A stretch of DNA of 64,000 nucleotides from Candidatus Moraniibacteriota bacterium (GCA_027031495.1 JALVQA010000006.1:16952-80951); one strand, 5' to 3'. Shown: positions 29,502 through 39,058, numbered from the stretch's first letter. The notes: generated from the sequence alone by a model not told the origin. Made by a program: numbers and translations.

Positions 29502-31028
29502 GTGTATATATTTTTTATAAAGATACATAAGCATAATAGATTTGTTAGTATTGTCTTTTTTGTTGCGCTCTTTACGGCATTATTTGTACCAACGAGAGTT
29601 TTTGCTGTGCCGCCACCAGATATCGTTGTTGGTATTGCATCATCAGTTGTGCAGATTTTCTCGTTTATTGCGGTGTTCATTGTTGGTGCCTTCTTCAGTG
29701 TTGCGCGTTTTGTTGGTGAACTGTGGCGCGTACGTCTCCTGCGTTTTCTTACCATTCTCATTCTTGGTGCTGTGATTGGCATTGGTGTGCTTTATAGCGC
29801 AAACGTGTGGAAGGCACGTCAAGTAGAACGTACATTGCACGATATAGATAAGGAATATACTGCAATGTCTGGCAATAGTAAAGCGCCTTCACAATATAAT
29901 GCTACGATTGGCAGCAATACTAAGGTTGCGGTAGCGCATCATAGTGCAAGTGATGAAGCGATGATAGATGACACTACTTCCGGTGATTATGATCGTTTTG
30001 TGTCATTTGTGTCGGCGCACAACGATGCGCGTTTTCACTTAGTGGAGGATTTTTATCATGCAATCGTTAATGGTGATCTTGATTATGCATATACACTTTT
30101 TGTACCGACAGTGCCACAATCTGTTTTTCAGGAGCGCTTTCGTAGTGTAGAGCGAGTCGTGATCTATCGTTTGTGGTCACTTTCTGATATATATATTGGT
30201 GGCGATATTGCGTTATGTGAACAAACTCTGTGTGTGCGTTACGAAGTGCGCATGTTTCTAAATATTGATGCACAGGGTAAAGTGCACAATATTAGTGCAT
30301 ATACAATGTATGTGCGTGACTCATTTGATCCTAATCAGCATGTAGTGCCGGACGCTGGTGGCACAAAGCCAATTACCAATAAAGCGCTGCAAAAAATTTT
30401 AGAAACACAATCAAAAGATGCATATATTGTATTGGATGCACGTGAAGATGCGGAGTACAAAAATGGTACGTTGCCGGGCAGTGTGCACATTCGACCAGCT
30501 GACATTCGTGCTGGTGCATGGCAAACGTTACCGCGCGATGTACCAATTTATGTGATGTGCTGGTCCGGCATTCGTGGTAGACAAGTAGCGATGTTTTTGC
30601 GAAGAAAGGGGCGTATGGCTGACTATTTGGAACATGGTGCGAAGAGCTGGGTTGATAGCGGTGGCATGTGGGAAGGTGGAATTTCTTTTAAAAAGAAGTA
30701 TTCCGCAAAGCGGTACAGTTATGTCTTTTCTCTTGCAGAGTTAAAAAAGGAAATGGCTGCTGGTGCCATAATCATTGATACGCGAGAAGTTGAACGCTTT
30801 GATGCGTATCATATCCCGTACAGCACCAATATCTCTTTCTTTGAAACACCGCGCCGTGACCGCGCACTTCTTTTGGCACAAGTACCAAAAGGACATCGTG
30901 TCATAACAGCGTGCGATGGGTATGTTAATTGTTTTGATGCGCGTATTACCGGCGTCGCGCTGGAGGAAGAGGGTTATACATTTATCGGACGTTTTGCGCC
31001 AGTCGCCGCTTACAAAAAAGTACAATGA
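29502..31028 (+). CDS. Membrane protein with two C-terminal rhodanese domains, the first carrying a Cys
   Basis: N-terminal signal/TM region with two more TMs. Rhodanese domain 1 is IVLDAREDAEYKNGTLPGSVHI...IYVMCWSGIRGRQ (a CX4R-type loop). Domain 2 is IIIDTREVERFDAYHIPYSTNI...VITACDGYVNC. It overlaps the downstream gene by ATGA. Confidence 0.55.
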   Translation: MYIFFIKIHKHNRFVSIVFFVALFTALFVPTRVFAVPPPDIVVGIASSVVQIFSFIAVFIVGAFFSVARFVGELWRVRLLRFLTILILGAVIGIGVLYSANVWKARQVERTLHDIDKEYTAMSGNSKAPSQYNATIGSNTKVAVAHHSASDEAMIDDTTSGDYDRFVSFVSAHNDARFHLVEDFYHAIVNGDLDYAYTLFVPTVPQSVFQERFRSVERVVIYRLWSLSDIYIGGDIALCEQTLCVRYEVRMFLNIDAQGKVHNISAYTMYVRDSFDPNQHVVPDAGGTKPITNKALQKILETQSKDAYIVLDAREDAEYKNGTLPGSVHIRPADIRAGAWQTLPRDVPIYVMCWSGIRGRQVAMFLRRKGRMADYLEHGAKSWVDSGGMWEGGISFKKKYSAKRYSYVFSLAELKKEMAAGAIIIDTREVERFDAYHIPYSTNISFFETPRRDRALLLAQVPKGHRVITACDGYVNCFDARITGVALEEEGYTFIGRFAPVAAYKKVQ

Positions 31029-32419
31029 TACAGGATGCAAAATATACACGCCTTGTGCGATTACAACATATCGTACCAGTGCCACCGTTTACCTACATTC
31101 GACGAGGTGATGTTTTTGATGAAAAGACTTTACCAAAAGGTGAACGCTTTATTGTGCGTGGTGTAAGCGCACACGAAGATGGTGTCACGTCGTCGCATGC
31201 CGGACAATTTATTACAATCGGACCGTGTGATGTTGCGGCAGTAAGAGATGCTGTGGCAAAAATTTTTTCTCATCCGTGGGCGATTGGCGCAATTGTGCAG
31301 GTGTTTGTAGATGCGCCAAGTGGCGTGGCATTTTGCTTTACGCGCGAACGTCTCTATGTTGAATATGCGCGTGAGCACGAGGGTGTGACAGCTGGTACGG
31401 TCAATCCTTCTGTTGCTCTTTTGCCGAGTGTATTGCAGCGATACAATGCGTTGACGCGCTCGCTTCAGCGCATTTACGATGTATTCGGCGCGTGTGATGT
31501 AGAGTTTGTCGGTATCGAAAATCCTTCTTTTGTGCAGGTGCGACCGATTACGCAACTGTTTAATGTTGATGAAGATATAGCGCGATGCAAAATGATGCTT
31601 CAAGAAATGGTACCGGCACAGTGGGTGGAGAACGATCTCTCAGAAACAATTGCCGAACGCAGTGCAGATGCAGCGCGCTTTTGGCACGTCTATCGCAAAG
31701 CAATGGCACGTTTTTGTCATGAGGTTCTCCATGAAGAATGTGTCATTCCGCATGACGCGGTTGTGCGTATTGGACAGCAGTATTTCGTGCGACGTGACCT
31801 TATTCAAATACAAACACTTACATTTAAGCGCATGATGAAGTTTTTGCTGTATTATGCGCGTTATAAGGATGTTTTGCATGATGTGCGTGCGTGTGATGAT
31901 GCGCCACTAGATGTGATAATAATGCGCAACTACTGTATTGCTATTGCGCATTCTCTGTGGCATACTCGCTTTTTCTTTGCACTTCGTCAACGTTATCGTG
32001 CTGTTATTGACGTGCGATTACGACGATATACTGCGGAGAAGAATGCGGATGTGATAGTAACATTTCCTCTAAAACAGGCACTTGCATCACCATTGCGTTA
32101 TAATCGCCAGCGGCTGTGCTGGGATGCGTTTACACCTCGTACGGGCGCCGGTACAGCTGTTGTAGAAGGTGAACTTTCCGATGGTCCATTTTTTTGCTAC
32201 GAACCGGGTGCGTCAATCCCGGACGATGTTGTCGTGCTTACATTACATCTTTATGCGGAAATCGGTGCTGCGTTACCACGTATTCGTGGTGTAATTTGTG
32301 CGCATGGCTCTCTCAATGCACATGTGGCAATTCTCGCACGAGAAACGCGTACACCACTGATAATTAATGCGCCACTCGAGCGCTACAAAAAGTGCGCTTT
32401 TGCGTCGGAAGCGAAATAG
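31025..32419 (+). CDS. PEP-synthase/PPDK-like phosphotransferase: PPDK_N nucleotide-binding region plus phosphohistidine swivel domain, no PEP/pyruvate TIM-barrel domain
   Basis: FIVRGVSAHEDGVTSSHAGQF and IVQVFVDAPSGVAFCFTRE match the PpsA/PPDK ATP-grasp region (VRSSAxxEDxxxASFAGQ; VQxMVxxxxSGVxFT). The C-terminus GVICAHGSLNAHVAILARETRTPLII is the PEP-utilizers mobile His domain (GGxxSHAAIxAREhGIP). The GGK N-terminal motif is absent. Confidence 0.6.
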   Translation: MIQDAKYTRLVRLQHIVPVPPFTYIRRGDVFDEKTLPKGERFIVRGVSAHEDGVTSSHAGQFITIGPCDVAAVRDAVAKIFSHPWAIGAIVQVFVDAPSGVAFCFTRERLYVEYAREHEGVTAGTVNPSVALLPSVLQRYNALTRSLQRIYDVFGACDVEFVGIENPSFVQVRPITQLFNVDEDIARCKMMLQEMVPAQWVENDLSETIAERSADAARFWHVYRKAMARFCHEVLHEECVIPHDAVVRIGQQYFVRRDLIQIQTLTFKRMMKFLLYYARYKDVLHDVRACDDAPLDVIIMRNYCIAIAHSLWHTRFFFALRQRYRAVIDVRLRRYTAEKNADVIVTFPLKQALASPLRYNRQRLCWDAFTPRTGAGTAVVEGELSDGPFFCYEPGASIPDDVVVLTLHLYAEIGAALPRIRGVICAHGSLNAHVAILARETRTPLIINAPLERYKKCAFASEAK

Positions 32420-32436
32420 TATAGACATTTTTTATG

Positions 32437-34452
32437 TCAAACAATGCTTATCGGATCAACATCAATGATTGTGCGTGGTGGTGTTGCGCGCAGAAGTATG
32501 GAGAGTGTTTCAGGGAGTGGCGCGGTATCTTTTGTTTTGTTTGGGATGCGTATGATAATTTGGTAGCGGTAGAGACCACGTCGCTTTGAGAGGAGTGGTG
32601 TATGTGGATCGCTGACGCGCCATGCGTTTTTTGTATTACATTTTGTAATTTTTGTGTGCCATGTGGTAGCGTATGCGTTCGCTTTATCTTTGTCTTTATG
32701 TTGAAATATAAGCTTGATAACGCGCCAGTACGGTGGGTAGTGGAGGAGTTTGCGCTCTGCGAGCGTATCTTTGCGAAAAGCTGTGTAGTTAAGTGTTTTT
32801 GTATATGAAAAAAGGTGATAATCCGGCTTGTATGTTTGCACAAAAACCGTTCCGTTCTCCGCATTTTTATGTGTGACAGCCGCAGTGGCATTACTAATAA
32901 AAGCAAAGAGGCGTTCATCGGCGCTAATATCCGGAATGGATAAAAGTGCATCCGCATCAATGATGCCAACGACACTTAAATGTGGATTGCGCCAATCTTT
33001 GAGCGCCATTTGCGTGCCAATAATAATGTCAATTTTTTCGTCCTCACACTTCTTGAGTATTTCCGTTGCTGCATGTGTGGCGCGCATGCTGTGGCCATCA
33101 ATACGTACAATGCGCGCAGTGGGAAAGAGTTTTGTAAGCATGTTTTCAATCTTGCTCGTGCCGTAGCCGATATTACGAAAACTCATATTTTTACAATGTG
33201 TGCACTGCGGAAAAATAGATGTTGTATACGTGCAATGAAAACATTCATAATGTCCTTCGGCAGTGAGAACAAGTGCGCGATCACAGTCGGGGCAAGCGAG
33301 AAGTGCGCCGCAGTCAGTGCAGAGTGAAAACGCGCTCATACCTTTGTGATTAAAAAAGAGAAGGGATTGTTTCTTGCGTGCAATAGCGCTGCGTATTGCC
33401 TCAATAAGTGTTGGTGAAAAGAGAGCGGGCGCTGGCTTTTTGCGCTTCTTTTTTTGCGCTTCTTTAACGCGCTCAAAGTGTACGGCACGCATGTCAATAA
33501 TATGTATTGATGCTGACGAGAATTCTGGTCCGAGTGGTGTTGGCACTTTTTTTGTAATGCGTGGTGCGGCACTAACGGCAACAAGCTGGCAGTTGTGTAT
33601 GCGCGCAAGTGTTTGTGCGACGGAGCGCGCATCAAAGCGTGGTGCGCGATCCCATTGTTTAAAACTTATATCGTGCTCTTCATCTACAATAACAAGGCGC
33701 AAGTGTGCAAATGGTTGAAAGAGTGCTTTTTTTGTACCAATGATAATGCGTGCCGTATTATTACGTATTGCTTGGTGAGTGCGCCACAGTGTACCCTTGG
33801 CAATTTTGTTGTGAACGACAACGATTTCGTCAGGATTAAAGTATGTACGTAGTGCAGAAGCTATCTGTTCTGCAAGGAGGATTTCCGGCAAGAGAAAGAG
33901 GATTTGCGCTGTTTTTTGAGCAGTAAGGATTTTGTGTATAAGGTGCAGATAAAGTGCATCACGTGCTGTTTCTTGCGTATCGCGTAAAAGATTAAATGTG
34001 TATTTCTCTTGCGCAAGAATATCCGTGCACAGAGAAGTTGTTGTTTTTGTAAGTGGTGGGATATTTTTTGTGTGCGTATGTGATATTGTTGGTGTATCTT
34101 GTATGCGTGCATGTGTTGGCGGTGTATAGAACTGTGCTATTACTGTACCGAGTGAAGTAAATGTTGTTTCTGCAATGTGCGATGCTAATGCAATTTGCTC
34201 ATGTGTACAATAATTTTTATGGATGATGCGCGTAATTTTTTTAAGTTGCATTGATGTGCTTTTGCGTGGCTTTGTGACACGACATTGAAGAACGATGCCG
34301 TGTACGGTACGGCGAAAAAGAGGAACCGATACAAGTGTGCCCGGAGAAATTGGTCTATCACTTGTATACCAAAAAAACTGCTCTCGTGTGAGCGGGATGG
34401 TTGTAAATGGTACGATATCGCAAAAGTAATTGTGTGGTGTTTTCTGTGACAT
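32437..34452 (-). CDS. priA: Primosomal protein N' (replication restart helicase PriA)
   Basis: DEAH-type helicase (VIVDEEHD) and the PriA zinc-binding Cys cluster CTDCGALLACPDCDRALV...CFHC...CTHC. Confidence 0.85.
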   Translation of the reverse strand: MSQKTPHNYFCDIVPFTTIPLTREQFFWYTSDRPISPGTLVSVPLFRRTVHGIVLQCRVTKPRKSTSMQLKKITRIIHKNYCTHEQIALASHIAETTFTSLGTVIAQFYTPPTHARIQDTPTISHTHTKNIPPLTKTTTSLCTDILAQEKYTFNLLRDTQETARDALYLHLIHKILTAQKTAQILFLLPEILLAEQIASALRTYFNPDEIVVVHNKIAKGTLWRTHQAIRNNTARIIIGTKKALFQPFAHLRLVIVDEEHDISFKQWDRAPRFDARSVAQTLARIHNCQLVAVSAAPRITKKVPTPLGPEFSSASIHIIDMRAVHFERVKEAQKKKRKKPAPALFSPTLIEAIRSAIARKKQSLLFFNHKGMSAFSLCTDCGALLACPDCDRALVLTAEGHYECFHCTYTTSIFPQCTHCKNMSFRNIGYGTSKIENMLTKLFPTARIVRIDGHSMRATHAATEILKKCEDEKIDIIIGTQMALKDWRNPHLSVVGIIDADALLSIPDISADERLFAFISNATAAVTHKNAENGTVFVQTYKPDYHLFSYTKTLNYTAFRKDTLAERKLLHYPPYWRVIKLIFQHKDKDKANAYATTWHTKITKCNTKNAWRVSDPHTPLLSKRRGLYRYQIIIRIPNKTKDTAPLPETLSILLRATPPRTIIDVDPISIV

Positions 34453-34679
34453 TGCTCCATTTTACCATATGCCATAAAATATTTAATTTCTATGACCAAA
34501 CGTTAGCTCCTATGTGAGAAATACATGAATTTATACGATTCTTATCAGAGTGGGAAATTGACATCAATACAGAGACTGACAAAAAGTAGAATGTAAGCTC
34601 GGCGGTGCAATGTTATAAATTTTGACAATTATTGCAGTATATGTTAAATTGAATATCGTTATAAACTTGTGAATAAAGT

Positions 34680-35771
34680 ATGTCAAAAGAAGGAAAAAGT
34701 GGCACTTATGAAGGCTTTTTTGAGCAAGTCGTGCATGATTTGCCACAGCGTTCGCGCGAAGTTTTGCGACGACGCTTTGGTATTGAATCTGGTGAACCGC
34801 AGACACTTGATAGCATTGGCAGACAGTATGGATTAACGCGTGAACGTATCCGACAAATCGTTGATAATAGTATAGAAAGTGTCAAAGAAGCGGCATCGCG
34901 TGATATTGCGCAAAAAATCTATTCTTCTCTTGAAGATGAGATTCGCAGACGTGGTAATATTATGGTTGAAGAGGAATTGATGAAAGTTGTTGCATCGGAT
35001 AACGTGACTGAACGAGGCGCTGTTCGCTTCTTTTTAGAAACAGCAAAAAATATCAGATATCTTAGGCGTAAAGACGTTTTTAAAACAGTTGTCCATGTTG
35101 AGTTTGATGAACAACAGTGGGAGCGCGTGAAAGATATTGTTAAGGCAATTCTCTCTGAGGTTAAAGAGCCGCTTGCACATGATATTTTACATCAGCAGTA
35201 TCGGCAACATCCTGAAGCGCACGAAGACGTTGATGAGGAGCTTCTTCACCACTATCTTCAGCCGGTTACTGATATCAAGAAAAATCCATTTGGGCGATGG
35301 GGTATGGCGCATTGGCGTGATGTAACACCGCGCGGTATTCGTGAGAAGATCTACTTGATTTTGAAAGAGCATGGTGAGCCGATGCACTTTAGGGAGATAG
35401 CGGCATATATTGATAAATATGGCCTTAATAAACAGCCGGGCAAAAAAACGAATGTGCAGACTGTGCACAATGAGTTGATTAAAGATCCGCGTTTTATTCT
35501 TGTTGGCCGCGGTCTTTATGGGCTTGATGAGTGGGGATATACACCTGGTACGGTGCGTGATGTTATTACAGCAATTCTAAAGAAACATAGTGGTGGTCCT
35601 ATGAAGACGGAAGAAATTGTTGAAGAGGTGTTGAAGGTGCGCAACGTGCGAAAAATGACCATTATTGTCAATCTTAATCAGTTCTTTAAGAAGGTTGGAC
35701 GCGGTCTCTATACATTACCGGACGATACTGACACAACGCTTCGCACCAATGGTGACGCATATAAAAAATAA
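34680..35771 (+). CDS. Putative transcription factor: sigma-70 region-4-like HTH followed by three HARE-HTH repeats
   Basis: N-terminal REVLRRRFGIESGEPQTLDSIGRQYGLTRERIRQI matches sigma-70 region 4. Three repeats ending in F.RWG/VGRGLY.L.EW (e.g. GEPMHFREIAAYIDKYGL...GKKTNVQTVHNEL...FILVGRGLYGLDEW) match HARE-HTH, the fold of the RNAP delta subunit. Confidence 0.55.
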   Translation: MSKEGKSGTYEGFFEQVVHDLPQRSREVLRRRFGIESGEPQTLDSIGRQYGLTRERIRQIVDNSIESVKEAASRDIAQKIYSSLEDEIRRRGNIMVEEELMKVVASDNVTERGAVRFFLETAKNIRYLRRKDVFKTVVHVEFDEQQWERVKDIVKAILSEVKEPLAHDILHQQYRQHPEAHEDVDEELLHHYLQPVTDIKKNPFGRWGMAHWRDVTPRGIREKIYLILKEHGEPMHFREIAAYIDKYGLNKQPGKKTNVQTVHNELIKDPRFILVGRGLYGLDEWGYTPGTVRDVITAILKKHSGGPMKTEEIVEEVLKVRNVRKMTIIVNLNQFFKKVGRGLYTLPDDTDTTLRTNGDAYKK

Positions 35772-35836
35772 TACATTCTATAGAGTGCACTACGTATGTT
35801 ATACTGGAAAATGTATAACTTTTGTGTCAGTAGTAT

Positions 35837-37117
35837 ATGGAGGAAATTATAGTTATTTATAAACAGTTATTCAGTGCAATACCGCACGTTGCTGACATTT
35901 TGCGGTATGTGTGGTTTTTTATTTTACCTCCATTTCTTTACAAAGTTTTCTATATTGTGTGGATGGATTATGCCAATGATGTATATCTTTCAAACACACC
36001 ATCTGACATGCTTGAGATTATTCCACCACACAATACGGAGCGTTCACCGCAACCAATGGAGTCAGTTTTTGCCGGTCTTGAGGGAACGAGCGCATACATT
36101 CCGGCGTATGACGAGCTCTGTATGGGTGTTATGCCACCAACATTTAACTTTGAGATTGTCGGCACTAATGGTAATGTGCATTTTTATGTGCTGTTAGAGC
36201 GGCGATTTCGTTCTGTTTTTGAATCGCATTTTTATGCCCAATATCCCGATGCCGAAATTCATGAAGCGCGTGATTATACAGGTGATGTACCTGCGATTGT
36301 GCCAAATAAGAACTGGGATTTATGGGGCGCTGATATTACACTTATCAAGCCGGATCCAATTCCGATTAAAACATGGCAATACTTTGAAGAGGATATTACC
36401 GGAAAAATGATTGACCCGATGGCAGGTCTTATCGAAGTGATGGGACATACGCGTAAAGCTGAGCATCTATGGTTTCAAATTATTGCTGAGCCGATGCCAG
36501 AATCCTGGCATGACCAGGAAGGTATGGCGTACGTTGAGGAACTTAAAGGTCGTAAACCAGCACCGAAAAAGGGTCTTATTGCACGTTTTATGATGGCAAT
36601 AACCGGATTTTTGTCACCGGGTGGTGATGGGAGTAGCGCTTCCGGTGAAGCTGATGCACCACTTGAATTTCGTCTTTCACCAGGAGAAAAGAAAGTGCTT
36701 GAAGCCATTGAGGAAAATGTCGGACGTTATATGTTTAAGGTAAAAATGCGTATGATTTATCTTGCGCGGACGGAAGTTTTTGACAAAGGACTTGTAGCCG
36801 GCTTTTTTGGTGCATTAAAACAGTTTGCCGATTTTAATCTTAATGCTTTTAAGCCATATGAGCCATCAATAACATACGCACTCTATGTGGCACGCAAAAT
36901 ACGTCTGCGTTTTCGTCAACATAAAATTCTTTACTCATATCGCAAACGTAAGATGAGTGGTGTAAAATTTGTTCTGTCGGACCGTGAATTGGCGACAATA
37001 TATCATATGCCGGATATGAGTGTCGTTGCACCGGCAATCGCGCGTTCCAATATTACAAAGTCAACAGCGCCTGCTAATTTGCCGATTCCGGATGATTCTT
37101 TATTTGATAACAAGTAA
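35837..37117 (+). CDS. Hypothetical membrane-anchored protein, probable partner of the downstream ATPase
   Basis: One N-terminal TM (ILRYVWFFILPPFLYKVFYIVWM) followed by a soluble domain of about 380 aa. Its stop lies 8 nt before the ATPase start. I recognise no family. Confidence 0.45.
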   Translation: MEEIIVIYKQLFSAIPHVADILRYVWFFILPPFLYKVFYIVWMDYANDVYLSNTPSDMLEIIPPHNTERSPQPMESVFAGLEGTSAYIPAYDELCMGVMPPTFNFEIVGTNGNVHFYVLLERRFRSVFESHFYAQYPDAEIHEARDYTGDVPAIVPNKNWDLWGADITLIKPDPIPIKTWQYFEEDITGKMIDPMAGLIEVMGHTRKAEHLWFQIIAEPMPESWHDQEGMAYVEELKGRKPAPKKGLIARFMMAITGFLSPGGDGSSASGEADAPLEFRLSPGEKKVLEAIEENVGRYMFKVKMRMIYLARTEVFDKGLVAGFFGALKQFADFNLNAFKPYEPSITYALYVARKIRLRFRQHKILYSYRKRKMSGVKFVLSDRELATIYHMPDMSVVAPAIARSNITKSTAPANLPIPDDSLFDNK

Positions 37118-37125
37118 TAACATCT

Positions 37126-39000
37126 ATGTCAGAAGAGATTACTTTTTTTGCACAAACACGCTTCCGTGATCATGATCAGATTTTCGGTATCAAAACAGAT
37201 GATCGGCGACGTCACATGTACATTATTGGAAAGAGTGGCATGGGGAAGACCACGCTTTTGGAGCAAATGGTGACGCAGGACATTATGAACGGACATGGTG
37301 TGGCATATATTGATCCACATGGTGATACGGCAGAGAAGATGCTTGAGATGGTGCCACCGGAGCGTGTTAAGGATGTTATTTATTTTAATCCCGCTGATCA
37401 AGATTTTCCAATTGCATTTAATGTCCTGGAACAGGTGGAGCCGAGATATCGCCATCTTGTGGCATCCGGTGTTGTTGGTGTGTTTAAAAAATTGTGGGCG
37501 GATTCATGGGGGCCACGCTTGGAGTATATTTTACGCAATGCAATTCTTGCGCTTTTAGAGACACCAAATACAACGCTTCTTGGTGTGATGCGCATTCTTA
37601 TTGATAAAAAGTATAGAAAACGCATAACAGCAAACATTACCGATCCTGTCGTGCGCTCTTTCTGGATAGATGAATTTCCAAAGTGGAATGATCGTGTCTT
37701 GCAGGAGGTGATTGCGCCAATCCAAAATAAGGTTGGACAATTTCTTACAAGTTCTCTCATCCGTAATATTGTTGGCCAAACAAAAAGCGCTTTTAGTATT
37801 CGTGATGTGATGGATCAGCGGAAAATTCTTATTATGAACCTGTCCAAGGGACGCATCGGAGAAGATAACAGTGCGCTCTTGGGGGCAATGATGATTACAA
37901 AAATTCAGATGGCGGCAATGAGCCGTGTTGATACACTGGAAGATGAACGTCGCGATTTTTATCTTTACGTTGATGAGTTTCAGAATTTTGCAACGGAATC
38001 ATTTGCAAATATCCTTTCAGAGGCACGTAAATACCGTCTCAGCATCATTCTTGCTCATCAATACATTGCGCAAATTCAGGAAGAAGTGCGTGATGCTGTT
38101 TTTGGCAATGTTGGCACAATTGTTACGTTTCGTGTAGGTGCAGTTGATGCAGAGTTTTTGGAGAAAGAGTTCGACCCTGTCTTTACTATGAATGATATTG
38201 TTAATTTACCGAAATATCATATTTACTTGAAGTTGATGATTGATGGCGTTGCTGCTGATGCATTCAGTGCGACGACGTTGCCGCCGGTAAACGAAGGTCA
38301 TACGTATGGACAAGAAAAAGCAATTATTGAGTATACGCGAAAGATGTATGCATCAAAGCGTGCAGATGTAGAGCGTCGTATAGCGGTCTGGAGTGGTGTT
38401 GTGCCTGAAGACTTGCCGCAACACATCGCGACATCTTCGCAAAATAGTGACGATATGCCACAACAAGCAGTATCGGAAGACACTGATGCGAATGGTGATA
38501 GTGTTCAAAAAGAAGAGCAAAAACAACAGAGTGGTGATGCGCGTAGTACTGTCGCAGATATGCGACCGCTCTTTGACGCAAAATGCGATGCGTGTGATAT
38601 TGATATCCGTGTACCGTTTCAACCGGACGGTACGCGGCCTGTTTTCTGTAAGGATTGTCTCGCAGTACATCGTAGCAATATGATGAAAGCTACAAGACAA
38701 TCGCCAACAGACACAAAGGAAAAAAGTGGCAATAATAATGGTGTACGTGCAACTACTGTCGGCAAAAAAAAGAAAAAAGAGCCGGTTGTGGAGAAAGTTG
38801 AATATAAAGCATTTACACCGAAGGAACGACCACTTTCACTTTCGCAGATAACGCACATTGCGCCGAAGAAGTTTAAGCGTGCGTCAAACAAACAGCCGCA
38901 TATTCACGGTATACAAGCAATCCTTAACAACGTACGTGCAGGTATTGCCGAAAAAGACGAAAATGTGCAAGAAAAGAGTGTTGATAAGGATAATTCATAG
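37126..39000 (+). CDS. VirD4/TrwB/TraD-like (FtsK-HerA superfamily) coupling-protein-type ATPase with a C-terminal CxxC..CxxC zinc ribbon
   Basis: Walker A YIIGKSGMGKTTLL is followed by AYIDPHGD (T4CP VIDPKGD-like). Walker B is FYLYVDEFQNFA, followed by SIILAHQYIAQI. After an acidic/Ser-rich linker comes CDACDIDIRVPFQPDGTRPVFCKDC, a Lys-rich stretch and a conserved tail. No TM segments. Confidence 0.65.
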   Translation: MSEEITFFAQTRFRDHDQIFGIKTDDRRRHMYIIGKSGMGKTTLLEQMVTQDIMNGHGVAYIDPHGDTAEKMLEMVPPERVKDVIYFNPADQDFPIAFNVLEQVEPRYRHLVASGVVGVFKKLWADSWGPRLEYILRNAILALLETPNTTLLGVMRILIDKKYRKRITANITDPVVRSFWIDEFPKWNDRVLQEVIAPIQNKVGQFLTSSLIRNIVGQTKSAFSIRDVMDQRKILIMNLSKGRIGEDNSALLGAMMITKIQMAAMSRVDTLEDERRDFYLYVDEFQNFATESFANILSEARKYRLSIILAHQYIAQIQEEVRDAVFGNVGTIVTFRVGAVDAEFLEKEFDPVFTMNDIVNLPKYHIYLKLMIDGVAADAFSATTLPPVNEGHTYGQEKAIIEYTRKMYASKRADVERRIAVWSGVVPEDLPQHIATSSQNSDDMPQQAVSEDTDANGDSVQKEEQKQQSGDARSTVADMRPLFDAKCDACDIDIRVPFQPDGTRPVFCKDCLAVHRSNMMKATRQSPTDTKEKSGNNNGVRATTVGKKKKKEPVVEKVEYKAFTPKERPLSLSQITHIAPKKFKRASNKQPHIHGIQAILNNVRAGIAEKDENVQEKSVDKDNS

Positions 39001-39058
39001 GAATTTTATTCGCATAACGCCCTATATTATATATCAGTAATCTGCTAATATATCTACA

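Noticed and set aside
31025-32419. Annotating the PPDK_N-swivel protein as phosphoenolpyruvate synthase (ppsA)
   Set aside because: At 464 aa it lacks the entire C-terminal PEP/pyruvate-binding domain and the N-terminal GGK motif. It cannot be a functional PEP synthase. priA follows directly, so there is no downstream remnant to suggest a pseudogene.
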